In this document: positions 31,658-42,903 of the stretch, piece by piece | Layout: each line of letters opens with the position of its first letter | Numbering within the stretch: position 1 is the stretch's first letter | From: Cyanidioschyzon merolae | Lineage: Eukaryota | DNA length: 64,000 bases | Assembly (NCBI GenBank): GCA_000091205.1 | Contig: AP006486.2 | Reading direction: 5' to 3' (one strand) | Made by a program: the position numbers and the translations under genes | The notes under the pieces: model-generated | Seen by the model: the letters and a program-made list of their open reading frames with translations, nothing else | Told to the model about the DNA's origin: nothing | Database searches by the model: none

Positions 31658-33004
31658 ATGGCCTCTCCTCCAGTGACTGACTGGGCTGAGGATGAGGTGG
31701 AAGGGTTCGGAAGAAGCTATGAGGAAAGGCGAGGTCTATGGATGGGCGTTGGTGCGAAGTCACGTGGCGAGACCGTTGCTGGGCGTTCGGGCGTCGCTAC
31801 AGACGTTCATCTGGCACCGGAGCGCTCGTCCCAGTCTCATGGGGAGCACGCTTCTGTCCATGCCGCTGAAAGCACTGAGATCAAGCATAGCACTGTTCGT
31901 TCCACGCTTCCAGGATCTGCAAAAGTGGCAAGCGCACGTAAGGATCCCGGCAGCGCGCACCAGAGGGAGGGAAGAGCTGCGTCTTCCTGCCCACAGGAGG
32001 GCAGGAAGACGCGCTCGCCTGCACGGACGGGTATGCGGCAAGGTCTCGACGAAGCCTTTGGGCGTATATCCGTGCGCGCGGAATCACTGAATCCTCAACC
32101 CGCCGCAACAAAGAATGAAACAACAAACGGCGCACAGCAGGGAGCGCCTCCCGAGCCTGACGTCACGGAAGTGGATGCCTTGAATGCCCGCATCGTGAAG
32201 AATGCTCGAGACGAGGCCGAAGGGACCGAGCAGCTTCTGCGTGAAGACAGGGAGCGAGAGACGCGCTCGAGGCGTTTGTTTCCCACCGAGCCTCCCTACA
32301 GAGCGTACGTTGGTCACGTACCCGCTGGGGTCCAGGAGGATCAGATCCGACAACTGTTCCATGGTTGCCAAATCAGTCGTATCCGATTTCTGCGTCGAGC
32401 GCCTCTGGCACCGGAAAGCGGTAGCAAGGACCCAGGTGGAAACGCATCAGAGCTGGACTCGGGCACAAGCACGAAACACACAGTCGTCCGCGCTGCATTT
32501 GTGGATTTTGCAAACGCGGAATCCCTTTCCGATGCGCTGAAACGTCACGGCACCCTAATCGACGAATGTGCAGTTGTTGTGGACATTGCGCAATACGCCG
32601 GGAACCCAGCAACAGCGGATGCTTCTGGCTCAACGCGCACTGCACACAGAGGGCGGCATTCGTATCGAACACCCTCAGCAGCGCCTTCGGAACGTGTGGA
32701 CTCGCGGTTTGCAGGCCAGCACCGACGGGGAAACGCGCCCACCATACCTTTGAAAGGCGCAGCACTTGGGCATCATGTGAACGGCACTGGACGCACCGGA
32801 GCCAGCGCCCAAGGATCGCGGAGAGCTCGGGCCTCGCGTCAGGGATGGGTGCACGTAACAGACGGTCTCCGCCCGCAGATACTCAGAGAGCAGGACGGGA
32901 AGGCTTCTGCAGCACCTGACAAATCCAGTGGGTCCATATTGGCCCGGAACGACTTTGCAGTGCTGGCCTCGCTTGATTCGAGTTTGTCTGACGACGATGA
33001 ATGA
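31658..33004 (+). CDS. RRM-containing protein, eIF4B/eIF4H-like
   Basis: The ORF spans 31433..33004; the probable start is at 31658 ('MASPPVTDWAEDE', the W-[AS]-D-E N-terminal motif of eIF4B). RRM 'YRAYVGHVPAGVQEDQIRQLFHGCQISRIRFLRR...VRAAFVDFANAESLSDALKRHGTLIDECAVVVDIAQ' is collinear with the eIF4B/4H RRM (Y.AfvGNLP....e.i..fF.gl.IsaVRL.R....AfVeF...esl..AL). Arg/Asp/Glu-rich (DRERE) region downstream. Confidence 0.55.
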   Translation: MASPPVTDWAEDEVEGFGRSYEERRGLWMGVGAKSRGETVAGRSGVATDVHLAPERSSQSHGEHASVHAAESTEIKHSTVRSTLPGSAKVASARKDPGSAHQREGRAASSCPQEGRKTRSPARTGMRQGLDEAFGRISVRAESLNPQPAATKNETTNGAQQGAPPEPDVTEVDALNARIVKNARDEAEGTEQLLREDRERETRSRRLFPTEPPYRAYVGHVPAGVQEDQIRQLFHGCQISRIRFLRRAPLAPESGSKDPGGNASELDSGTSTKHTVVRAAFVDFANAESLSDALKRHGTLIDECAVVVDIAQYAGNPATADASGSTRTAHRGRHSYRTPSAAPSERVDSRFAGQHRRGNAPTIPLKGAALGHHVNGTGRTGASAQGSRRARASRQGWVHVTDGLRPQILREQDGKASAAPDKSSGSILARNDFAVLASLDSSLSDDDE

Positions 33005-33734
33005 AACAAACGACGCCGTACCTCGCTAGATTCTGTGCATGGCGGTGGACCGCAGCATGCTACTGGTGCCGCGCGGTGCTGGCGAACGCTCCGATGTCGT
33101 CGTTAGTCGTTGTCGTTGGAGCAGCAGCTGCGAGGCGCGCAGCGGAAGCAAAACCCGTGGATGCTTCTTGCCCATTTTACTGGATAAAGCAGGAATAGAA
33201 GATCATGCATCGGGCACCGCATGCCCCGAGTTTCTTGTTCGAGTCCCAAAGTCCGCCGGCACGCTGCGCATGTCCATTGTATTGCGGCACAAGTGAGCTT
33301 GCATCCTCATCCACGCCTTGAATCAAACAATGGTTATCATGTTGCAACGGGTTCACAACATGCGTATCACGTACACCACCAGTGTCGCAGATTCGAAAAG
33401 AGACGAACGGCAAGAGGCGTGCCCGCTTCCGCGACTCCAGTTGCGCACCTATACACTGCTGTATAGGAAATGCGGGAATTGTAAAGTATTCTATCCCAGC
33501 TGCTGGCTAGCGTCCTCTATCGATCGTGCCAATGTATCGATCTCAGTGTCTGTCCAGAGACCAGCCAGTTCAGCGGCATCCGCGCTATACCATCGTGCGA
33601 GACGCATCGACCGGGATGGATTCAAGCCCGGAGAGCGCACTGGATGCCTAAAAGAAATCATCGAGTAGACAAATTGAATCGAGGATAGCGGTCTTTGTTC
33701 TAACAAAATAAAATGGCGAGAGAACCCGACCTGT

Positions 33735-34545
33735 ACAGAGCAGTCTGCATCCGGGCCAGAAAAGGCATACGCATCCCAGCCTGCAGTGTCGTGCATTTCC
33801 GATAATCCGAATTACACATAGAGCAGTCTGCATCCCGACCAGAAAAGGCATACGCATCCCAGCCTGCAGTGTCGTGCATTTCCGATAATCCGAATTACAC
33901 ATAGAGCAGTCTGCATCCGGGCCAGAAAAGGCATACGCATCCCAGCCTGCAGTGTCGTGCATTTCCGATAATCCGAATTACACATAGAGCAGTCTGCATC
34001 CCGACCAGAAAAGGCATACGCATCCCAGCCTGCAGTGTCGTGCATTTCCGATAATCCGAATTACACATAGAGCAGTCTGCATCCGGGCCAGAAAAGGCAT
34101 ACGCATCCCAGCCTGCAGTGTCGTGCATTTCCGATAATCCGAATTACACATAGAGCAGTCTGCATCCCGACCAGAAAAGGCATACGCATCCCAGCCGGCA
34201 GTGTCGTGCATTTCCGATAATCCGAATTACACATAGAGCAGTCTGCATCCCGACCAGAAAAGGCATACGCATCCCAGCCTGCAGTGTCGTGCATTTCCGA
34301 TAATCCGAATTACACATAGAGCAGTCTGCATCCCGACCAGAAAAGGCATACGCATCCCAGCCTGCAGTGTCGTGCATTTCCGATAATCCGAATTACACAT
34401 AGAGCAGTCTGCATCCGGGCCAGAAAAAGCATACGCATCCCAGCCTGCAGTGTCGTGCTTTTCCGATAATCCGAATTACACATAGAGCAGTCTGCATCCG
34501 GGCCAGAAAAAGCATACACATCCCAGCCTGCAGTGTCGTGCATTT
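33735..34545. repeat. 83-bp tandem satellite, about 10 units, two alternating variants
   Basis: Unit 'cagtctgcatcc[g/c]g[g/a]ccagaaaaggcatacgcatcccagcctgcagtgtcgtgcatttccgataatccgaattacacatagag' repeats with an exact 83-bp period (ORF starts at 33812, 33895, 33978, 34061, 34144 all 83 bp apart). The array generates the chained 77-aa 'MHDTAGWDAYAFSG...' artefact ORFs. Confidence 0.9.
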
Positions 34546-34699
34546 GCAATGGAGTCACAGGGGCGCTGCCTATGATAGGGAGTGGGGCGCGTTCGTGGAG
34601 CATCCGCGAGGAAATGTTGAGCGCTTCTATTCGCTTTTTTATGGGTGCGCTTCTCAGGGCCCACCATATCGGACACAATCGTAGAGTGGTGAGGGCCTT

Positions 34700-35464
34700 T
34701 TGGAGTCGTCGTTGATGTCGACCTCTCCGATCCTTTTGAAACTGGTCATCCTGGGTGACTCTGGAGTAGGCAAGACTTCGTGTCTGGAGCGTTTCGTTAA
34801 TCGACGCTTCTCGCTGCAGTACAAGGCCACCATCGGAGCCGATTTTTTAACGAAAGAACTGGAACTTTTTGACGATAGCCCCTGCGACGAAGGCGTCACT
34901 GCTCCCAAAGAAAAAACAGGAACGTCGGAGCCTGGAGGCGCTGGTGTAGCGACTTGCGAGTTCAGCACCGAAGCGTGCGGAAGAAGACGGCAAGTGTGTC
35001 TGCAAATCTGGGATACGGCCGGACAAGAACGATACCAGTCACTTGGTGCTGCATTCTATCGTGGTGCAGACGGTTGCGCCCTCATGTTCGACTTTAGCGA
35101 GGCCAGTTCGCTCGCGAGTGTAACGTCGTGGCGCGAAGAGTTTCTGTTGCTAGCGGCACCACCAGCTGCGTCTACGTTTCCATTTGTGCTTCTGGGAAAC
35201 AAGGTCGACCTTGTGCGCTCCCAAACATCGGTATACGAAGCCACTCGCGAGCATGCGCTTTCGTGGTGTGCCGCTCATCACGCGATACCATTTTTTGAGA
35301 CCAGCGCTCTCGAGAATACGGGCATTGACCGAGCCATGACGACGCTGGCGCGAACAGCGCTTCTCTATCACGAACAGGTGCACAAAGCAGCCGGCTATGA
35401 ACCAGATGCCATTCTCGATTCCCTGCAAAACAACCGGGCGGCAGCGAATAACTGCGCGTGTTAG
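34700..35464 (+). CDS. Rab7-type small GTPase (Ypt7-like) with C-terminal CXC prenylation motif
   Basis: Collinear with Rab7 across all G-boxes: '[15 protein letters not shown]', '[14 protein letters not shown]', '[30 protein letters not shown]', 'LLGNKVDL', 'FFETSALEN'. Ends '...NNCAC' + TAG. Carries a roughly 37-aa insertion between the switch I region and 'WDTAGQ'. Confidence 0.85.
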   Translation: [254 protein letters not shown]

Positions 35465-38400
35465 TATCCTTTCCGCTGTCATTCGCGTGTGTATTTGTGT
35501 CTTCTGCACAGTCATTGCGCCACTTGATGGATCCACTTAGGGCGCAGAGACGCTAAATTGCTCACAGTGCTCGCGAATGATGTACTGGCAGCAGCTGTGC
35601 GGGGCACAAGACGCCGCAGGTGTTCATCCTACTCATTAGGTGACTGGAGGCACCTTTACTGCTTGTTCGGCGGATGTTGCTGGGCGATTCCTACTGGTTA
35701 GTAGCACCTCACCTTATTCGCTACGAGATGCAGATCAAAAATTGCCCAGATCAGTGAGTATGCTTCTCTAAATTGCCCCTAGAACGTTGTTCGATTGCAG
35801 CGGCATCGCTTCGAGTGCAACACACGTTTGCCCCTGTGTTCGTTGGCGACGTTTGTGTCTCTCGATCAGCACTGGTATTGAGAGTGAGTGAATGCATTGG
35901 TACCATTCAGGATGCATCCATGGCGAGCGATACTCAACCTGAAGGGCGCGTGTAGATGAACGAATATGCTGCATTTTTGTGTATGGAGTCGCGTACGTTC
36001 TCCCATTGGTAGTCACAGGTCAGATGGTGGCCCGTAAGTGCCTTAATGGATGGAATGTGCATCGGATTTGGTTTTAGAGTTGACGCCCAAACGCATGTGG
36101 CGAATTCGTTCTATCTCTCTGTGCTGATCGCGGAGCAGCGCATCCAGCGTCACAACAAGCGCCTACGGCAAGCTCGGCACCTAAAGAGTCGTTAGTCTTG
36201 CAGGCTGCGCGCTGCCAGTGATCGTATTTGCCGCGCTTTGCATGGCTCAGTTGAAGCACCACCTGCTCACGGCACGAGTGAGCGCAAGCGTGTCACCCGA
36301 TCAGCTTCTGGAGATTGGTAGGCATAGGAGGCGCCGACGGGTCCTGCTCTGCATATGCAGGTTACCTTAGCCCGAGCGATGACCACTTACGAGACGCCGT
36401 CATGTGTGCGGAGGATCGTTCGCAAAGCGGTTGCCTTCCAAAGCATGCGCATTTGTTTGTGGTACGCTATTTGGCAACAACATGCTGCGCCCATGTTCGG
36501 CACCGATCTGCGGCAGCGATGCACTCGAGTCCCAAAATCCCATGGATGCTCGCTGCGGTCAAAGTCGTATCGACCGCACGTCCAGGGGCCTCTTGTACAT
36601 AAGTGAATATTCGCCCTCGGATTGCAGCACAAGCATTCGGTGTGATCGAACTGAGGGCCATTTCATGACATCTGTCCAGAACCAAACCTGAGAGCGAGTT
36701 TGCGCCTGATCATCCCGCATTCGCAATCAACGGGAATGCGAGCGTCTGCGTTTCGTTCCGAACTCGCCTTTGTATTCCATTTTGATGATCGCCGCTGCGA
36801 CGCACAGAGCTTCAGGAGCTACAAGGACCTGAGCCTTGGTCCTCGTTGGCCCGATATGATAACACTGCGATGCGTTGCGTAATCCATTTGTACTGGGTGC
36901 TCGCAAGGCATCGCAGCCGGATGCCTGGAGGCCGTGCGTCTCGTGCACCTGACCGAATCCCGCGCCGAGTTGGCCACGGAGGCATCTGCAGCATTGCTTC
37001 CCGAATCACACCTGCTAATATTCATCGGATAAATCGTGCTCCGTACGAGACGCTCTCTCCTTGCCCGTGTTTCTCCACGCGCACAACCCGAGGAATGCGA
37101 TGCTGGTGAACGGTTCCCACCGGGAACTCGTATACGGAGACGAGTTTCGCGAGTCAGTCAGGGCAACTGCTGTTGACGAACCTTAAGTTTGCCGCGGTGG
37201 CCCTTGTGTTCTCAACATCTGCATCGACACCAGCATGCAACATGTCCACGACGATCGCACATCGTTCCAGCGCGATGCAGCAACATAGGAAAAGCGCCCA
37301 AGTTCTAACCGTCGCTTTAGATTAAGAACGAACGCTGAACTGCTCGCACTATCCCAGATTTTTGATTTATGGCCTTATTCTTTTAAATATACGTTCTCTG
37401 CGTTCCAAATGTAGTGATGAGGGCTACGGTACTCAAACGTCGATTTACGCGTCTCGAGCATGCTTACGGATCGGCACCTTTGACATTTTGCGCCAAGAAT
37501 CTGTGACGAAACTGGAATCAAGATGATTCGCGATGTCGTCGAGCCAGGGTCCGTAAAACAGCCGGTATCTTTATCCGATTCAGAAGCAGAACCCTACACT
37601 CTTCTCCATTCCACGTATTTGGCATGCTCTTATCGCGTATCCTCCAAGTTTTCGATCGTTCTGTTTCAAGTCAACTCGTGCGCGGAAATTCGCGCCCCTC
37701 GGCTTGTTACGGGAAAATACTCAGCGTCGTTCCTTGACGAATCCCTCCCAAGCTTATGCCAAATCTTCACTAAATTTGTCACGTCTAGTCAGCGACGCAG
37801 CTCGATGGACGAATTTGTCTCTCATTGTGGCCATGGACGAGCCAGCATACCAGAGTAGCACCACGACGGCTCTCACGGGAGATGCTCACAGAGGCTCCGA
37901 TCTCTTCTATTCGCACGGAAAAAGGTTTTGGAATCGAACTGTAGGATTCGTATCGATCACTCGCCATTGGGGCATGCGTCACCGCTTGGATCAAACGGAG
38001 CATTGACGATTCGAAGCTTCTCGTCTTGATGTCCAGTATGGGTCTCCTACTCGTGCTACTTTCATCATAGAGAACATTGCGTTCCTGAAATCATCCGCCG
38101 AACGGAATGCGCAGTGCACGCACGTGCGACGCAGCGCGTACTTGCCGATGAGATTGCTCACAACAATTCCGTGATCGGACAGTACAGACCGGACGCGGAC
38201 ACGCACCCAGCCATCCATAGGAGAGTTTGAGACACGTCAAGGCCGTGTACCGTGCGGTGAAGAATGCCTCCAGGCACCAGAGGACGTCCCTCAAAACAGA
38301 AGTTTGTACCGCCGATTTGACGACACTCGAGCACATGCAGGTGTCACTGCGACGAGCGGCACACCGAGCCTGTGCACAAAGCACACATCAATTGAAAAAC

Positions 38401-39067
38401 AAAGTCTAGATCGCAACTTCCGTCTATCCATGCTGGGCAACAGTAGCAGCTGGAAGCAGCGTCATGGGGCTCTGCACCCTGCTGTTACCACCCTTCGGCT
38501 GCTGATTAAGGTTTCTGGCAGAACGGAAAGACTGGAGCACTCAAAGTCCGAGATGTGAGAGTGAGGTGAAGGAACCATTCGCAGAGAAAACCCACATAGG
38601 CTGCTGTCCAAGAAACTGGTACGAGACTCAAACTTGGGCATGCTTTCCCGAAGAAAGTGCATCGACGATTGGCCTCCCGGGGGAATGCGCTGAGGCGTGC
38701 GGCGCGCACGCATCAGCGCCCTCGTGACGCGCATCCGTGCGCAACACCGCGCCAACGCCCGCCATTCGTTCGGCGCACTGCCTCTGCGCAGCAGCAGCGG
38801 CGATGAGCAGCAGCAGCAGCAGCAGCTCCAGGAACAGATTAGGCCTCTAGAGCGCTTGCGCTGCGTTTCGTTGATTCGCGTGTGGCGGGTCTTACGAGCC
38901 GGTCGTATTGTTCTCCTTGCCTGGTAGTATATTCTAGGTAGGCAAGGCTGTGATCTTTCGTTTGAGACCTATCAAAGGAACAGATCGGTGATACGAAGAG
39001 AAGAGAAAGCACCAGCGGTACGATCACAGTTGATCGCTAGCACCGACTTTACCAGCGTGACAGATAT

Positions 39068-41863
39068 TTGCGGGGTGGGTACGAAAACGGACGCCACACG
39101 AGCAACGTGGACGGATCAATCACTAGCATGCCATTCGAACGGAAACATCGCACAGCATCATTTCAGGATCTGGCGGTGGGCGTTGTCTCACCGCCGGAAA
39201 TGCGGCCGCAGCCGCTGGCTGTGAGTGGATCCACTACTCCCGTCGGAGTCGAGAGTCTGAGCAAAGTCTTGGGAACGATCGAGCTGAGTCCGGAGGAGGA
39301 GGAACGTCGCCGGCAGCTGCTCTGGTCGCTTATGTCATCGTACCTGGCACGCGACGTTTCATCCATTCAGAAGTACATCGTGAACCATCTGGAGTATTCA
39401 CTGGCGCGGACCAGGTACAACTTCGATCGCTCTGGTGCGTACTACGCGACGGCGCTTTCCGTGAGGGATCGCCTGATCGAAGCATGGAATGATACACAGC
39501 AGTATTTTACGGAGAAAGATTGTCGTCGCATGTACTACTTATCTTTGGAGTTTCTCATGGGTCGTTTCCTTGACAATGCGCTGATCAACCTGGGACTTCG
39601 AGAGCAGTACAGGGAGGCGCTCATCGAGCTTGGCTTTGACCTGGACGAGGTGGAAGCCGAGGAGCGAGAGCCAGGACTCGGTAACGGTGGCCTCGGAAGG
39701 CTCGCCGCCTGTTTCCTTGACTCGGTGGCAACGCTAAACTACCCAGGCTGGGGCTACGGTATTCGTTATCGCTACGGCATGTTCGAGCAGCGGATCAAGA
39801 ACGGGTATCAAATTGAGTTGCCAGACTTTTGGTTGACGCGCGGTAATCCCTTCGAGATTGAGCGCCTCGATGTGACCTATCCCGTGTATTTTGGAGGCAG
39901 CGTGAGTCAGTTCACTGACAATAAGGGAAACTTGCGCTTCAAATGGGAGCCAGCCGAGGCCGTGTTGGCGGTGGCATTCGATGTTCCTGTGCCCGGGTAT
40001 GATACATACAATTGCATCAATCTGCGCTTGTGGGACAGTAAGCCTGCGCGTGAGTTCGATCTTAGCTCTTTCAACGTTGGCGACTATTATAAGATTCTTG
40101 AAATGCGGCAGACGAGTGAGACGCTCTCCGCCGTCCTGTACCCGAACGATAGCACTGAAGCAGGCAAGGAGCTGCGCCTCAAGCAACAGTATTTCTTCGT
40201 TTCGGCGACGCTGCAGGACATCATTCGGAGGTTCCTGAAGAAGGACCGACCACTCACGCAACTTGCCGAAAAAGTGTGCATTCAGCTGAACGACACGCAT
40301 CCGACGATCGGGATTGTTGAAATGATGCGCCTTCTCCTGGACGAGTACGCATTGGGCTGGACGGATGCGTGGAAAACCGTCAAAGCGGTGTTCTCGTACA
40401 CGAATCACACGGTGCTGCCGGAGGCCTTGGAAAAGTGGCCTGTGCCACTCATGGAACGGCTCTTGCCTCGCCACATGCAGCTCATCTTCGAAATCAACTT
40501 TCGTCATCTCCAGGAGTATGCTCGTCTAAGCAACAACGATGGCCATCTGTTGGAGCGAGTGAGCATCATCGAGGAGGGTTTTCCAAAAATGGTGCGCATG
40601 GCCCAGCTGGCCGTCGTTGGCTCACATACTGTCAATGGTGTCGCGGAAATACACTCGGAACTCGTGCGAACCCGTCTCTTCCCTGATTTTAACCGCTTCG
40701 AGCCGAAAAAGTTTGTGAACATCACAAACGGTGTGACCCCTCGACGCTGGATACTGGAAGCAAATCCCGCCTTGAGTGCGGTGTTTTCCCGCTGGACGGA
40801 GAGCGATGAATGGATTTTGGATTTGAACCAGATCCGCCAGTTGGAACAGTACGCCGAGAACCCTGACCTGCAACGGGAATTTTTCGAAGCCAAAAAGGAA
40901 AATAAGCGGCGTCTCGCTGAATACATTCGAGAAAAGAATGGCGTCCACGTGGATGTGAATGCCCTCTTCGACATCCAGGTCAAGCGAATTCACGAGTACA
41001 AGCGCCAGTTGTTGAATATTCTCGGTGTGATTGCGCGCTACAATTTGATCAAGTCGGGCAAGCGTGATCTCGTGCCGCGGGTCTTCATCTTCGGAGGCAA
41101 AGCAGCGGCTGGTTACGCACAAGCCAAGCGCATCATTCGTCTCATTAATGGTGTAGCAGACGTGGTCAACAATGATCCAGATGTTGGCGACCTCCTGAAA
41201 GTTGTATTTCTCGAAAACTACAGCGTGTCTCTTGCCGAGATCATCATTCCGGCGAGCGACATTAGCGAGCATATATCGACTGCCGGCATGGAGGCGTCAG
41301 GAACGAGCAACATGAAGTTTGTGATGAACGGCGGTCTCATCATCGGCACTATGGACGGAGCGAACATTGAAATCCGAGAAGAAATCGGGCCGGAGAACAT
41401 CTTTATTTTCGGTCTGTTGGCTCAAGAAGTTGACCAGGCGCGCAATGAACTCAAGTACCATGGCTGGAAATGTACCGATGGGCGCTTCCAGAACGCACTG
41501 GGTCAGCTCAGTCGCGGTATGTACTGCGGTCAAGACACTTTTCAGGAAATTGTACGAGCCCTCGATCCAGCCAACGACTACTACCTGATCAGTCGCGACT
41601 TTACCTCGTATATGGAAGCCCAGGATCGCGTCGACGCTGCCTATAGGGACCAGCGCTCGTGGCTGGCTAAGTGTATTGTGAGCACGGCTCGCATGGGTAA
41701 GTTCAGTTCTGATCGCAGTATCCATGAGTACGCGGAGCGCATTTGGCGCATTGAGCCATGTGCCTATACACCGTCCAGCATCACATACAAGGAACCAGTT
41801 GAGGGTGTCTCAGAGCCCACCGCAGACGGTACAGCGCCGAAGACGACGCTCCGAGGAACGTAA
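39068..41863 (+). CDS. Glycogen (alpha-1,4-glucan) phosphorylase, GT35
   Basis: 931-aa ORF; the true start may be an internal Met ('MPFERKHRTAS', about 39128). Diagnostic blocks 'EPGLGNGGLGRLAACFLDS', 'QLNDTHPTIGIVEMMR', 'TNHTVLPEALEKW', 'RVFIFGGKAAAGY' and the PLP-lysine region 'ISTAGMEASGTSNMKFVMNGGLIIGTMDGANIEI'. Stop is TAA. Confidence 0.9.
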   Translation: MRGGYENGRHTSNVDGSITSMPFERKHRTASFQDLAVGVVSPPEMRPQPLAVSGSTTPVGVESLSKVLGTIELSPEEEERRRQLLWSLMSSYLARDVSSIQKYIVNHLEYSLARTRYNFDRSGAYYATALSVRDRLIEAWNDTQQYFTEKDCRRMYYLSLEFLMGRFLDNALINLGLREQYREALIELGFDLDEVEAEEREPGLGNGGLGRLAACFLDSVATLNYPGWGYGIRYRYGMFEQRIKNGYQIELPDFWLTRGNPFEIERLDVTYPVYFGGSVSQFTDNKGNLRFKWEPAEAVLAVAFDVPVPGYDTYNCINLRLWDSKPAREFDLSSFNVGDYYKILEMRQTSETLSAVLYPNDSTEAGKELRLKQQYFFVSATLQDIIRRFLKKDRPLTQLAEKVCIQLNDTHPTIGIVEMMRLLLDEYALGWTDAWKTVKAVFSYTNHTVLPEALEKWPVPLMERLLPRHMQLIFEINFRHLQEYARLSNNDGHLLERVSIIEEGFPKMVRMAQLAVVGSHTVNGVAEIHSELVRTRLFPDFNRFEPKKFVNITNGVTPRRWILEANPALSAVFSRWTESDEWILDLNQIRQLEQYAENPDLQREFFEAKKENKRRLAEYIREKNGVHVDVNALFDIQVKRIHEYKRQLLNILGVIARYNLIKSGKRDLVPRVFIFGGKAAAGYAQAKRIIRLINGVADVVNNDPDVGDLLKVVFLENYSVSLAEIIIPASDISEHISTAGMEASGTSNMKFVMNGGLIIGTMDGANIEIREEIGPENIFIFGLLAQEVDQARNELKYHGWKCTDGRFQNALGQLSRGMYCGQDTFQEIVRALDPANDYYLISRDFTSYMEAQDRVDAAYRDQRSWLAKCIVSTARMGKFSSDRSIHEYAERIWRIEPCAYTPSSITYKEPVEGVSEPTADGTAPKTTLRGT

Positions 41864-41895
41864 ACATCAAGTCCCGAGGGTGACGCGGAAACCGC

Positions 41896-42291
41896 TCAGC
41901 GACCAAGCGACTCGAGCTCGCCACCTCGTCGCGTGGTCTCGTCGATGACCTCCTTCATCGCTACCAAGTAGTTCACGCGACGCAACTTGCGCAGATCTTT
42001 TCTCAGAAGAAACCTCAGGTCACTCACATCGGGGTACTTTCGGCCACGCGTGTTCGCAACTTCAACACAGCGCTGCACGACAGCGGTGAGGTACGTCCGC
42101 AACAAGTCCTCGACAAGCTCAGCCGTATCACGCCGCGGCTGCCGCGCATCCCCGAAACCGTACAGCATCTGGCGAATTTCATTCTGGAATAAGCGCTTCG
42201 AAGCGTCTTCTTCGGGGTCGTTCGCGAAAAAAGCATCCCAGTCGTTTCCATCGCTGGACTGCATCGCACTCGCCGACTCGGTTCCTAGCAC
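41896..42291 (-). CDS. TFIID subunit TAF13 (histone-fold)
   Basis: 'KRLFQNEIRQMLYGFGDARQPRRDTAELVEDLLRTYLTAVVQRCVEVANTRGRKYPDVSDLRFLLRKDLRKLRRVNYLVAMKEV' matches the TAF13 histone-fold family (F..E...MMYGFGD..P....v.l.e.iv..yi......a.......k....D..FllRkD.kK..Rv..LL). Tail-to-tail with the phosphorylase gene at a 33-bp spacing. Confidence 0.75.
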   Translation of the reverse strand: MLGTESASAMQSSDGNDWDAFFANDPEEDASKRLFQNEIRQMLYGFGDARQPRRDTAELVEDLLRTYLTAVVQRCVEVANTRGRKYPDVSDLRFLLRKDLRKLRRVNYLVAMKEVIDETTRRGGELESLGR

Positions 42292-42903
42292 GAGGCCGCT
42301 GCCTAGACAACGCGACGTACGCAGATACTGTAAGCAATAATAGTGCTGATGCTGCCACTAACGAACCTCGAGCGCGTGTCAGGGCGCATACACGTCGTTA
42401 ACGTACCGCGGTGGCAGGCACGGCGAGCTTGGCGTATGCGCGATACGTAAATACATGCTGCGTTGGATAGCGACTCTGCTGCCGCATGGCGACGCTTTCA
42501 TCAGATGCGGCGCTGCTGGGAAGAAGGCCGTATCCGGTGCATCTGGATGGTAGTTTTGTATAATAATAGGCTTAAATGTCGTTGCGTTCAAAGGATGTGC
42601 AATCTTTCTGGAAGAAATGGAATATATGGGACAAAAAAGTACGGAAGGAAAAGCATCTTTAGGTCCATATATGAATAGATTGGACACTGCATTTCCTGGG
42701 TCCAATAACGCCATCGAACAAAATGGATATATCGGACAAAACATGTACGGAACGTGAAGCACCGTTCCCTACGTCATCAACACTAGACCTCGTGTTCTCT
42801 CGCCGATGCTCCGGAGCTATATGTACGGGATCGGGCGTGCGCCTGCGCGTTCCTCTTCTGGACAGGGCAGCATCTCGGTAGCAACTACTGCAGTGACTCA
42901 CGC

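Noticed and set aside
33491-34678. Chain of 77-aa ORFs 'MHDTAGWDAYAFSG...' and the idea of a CRISPR-like array
   Set aside because: The ORFs are frame artefacts of the 83-bp satellite, which repeats itself exactly. There are no unique spacers between repeats, and the context is eukaryotic.
39734-41272. Minus-strand ORFs of 257, 159 and 216 aa
   Set aside because: All lie antisense within the glycogen phosphorylase CDS and show no motifs.
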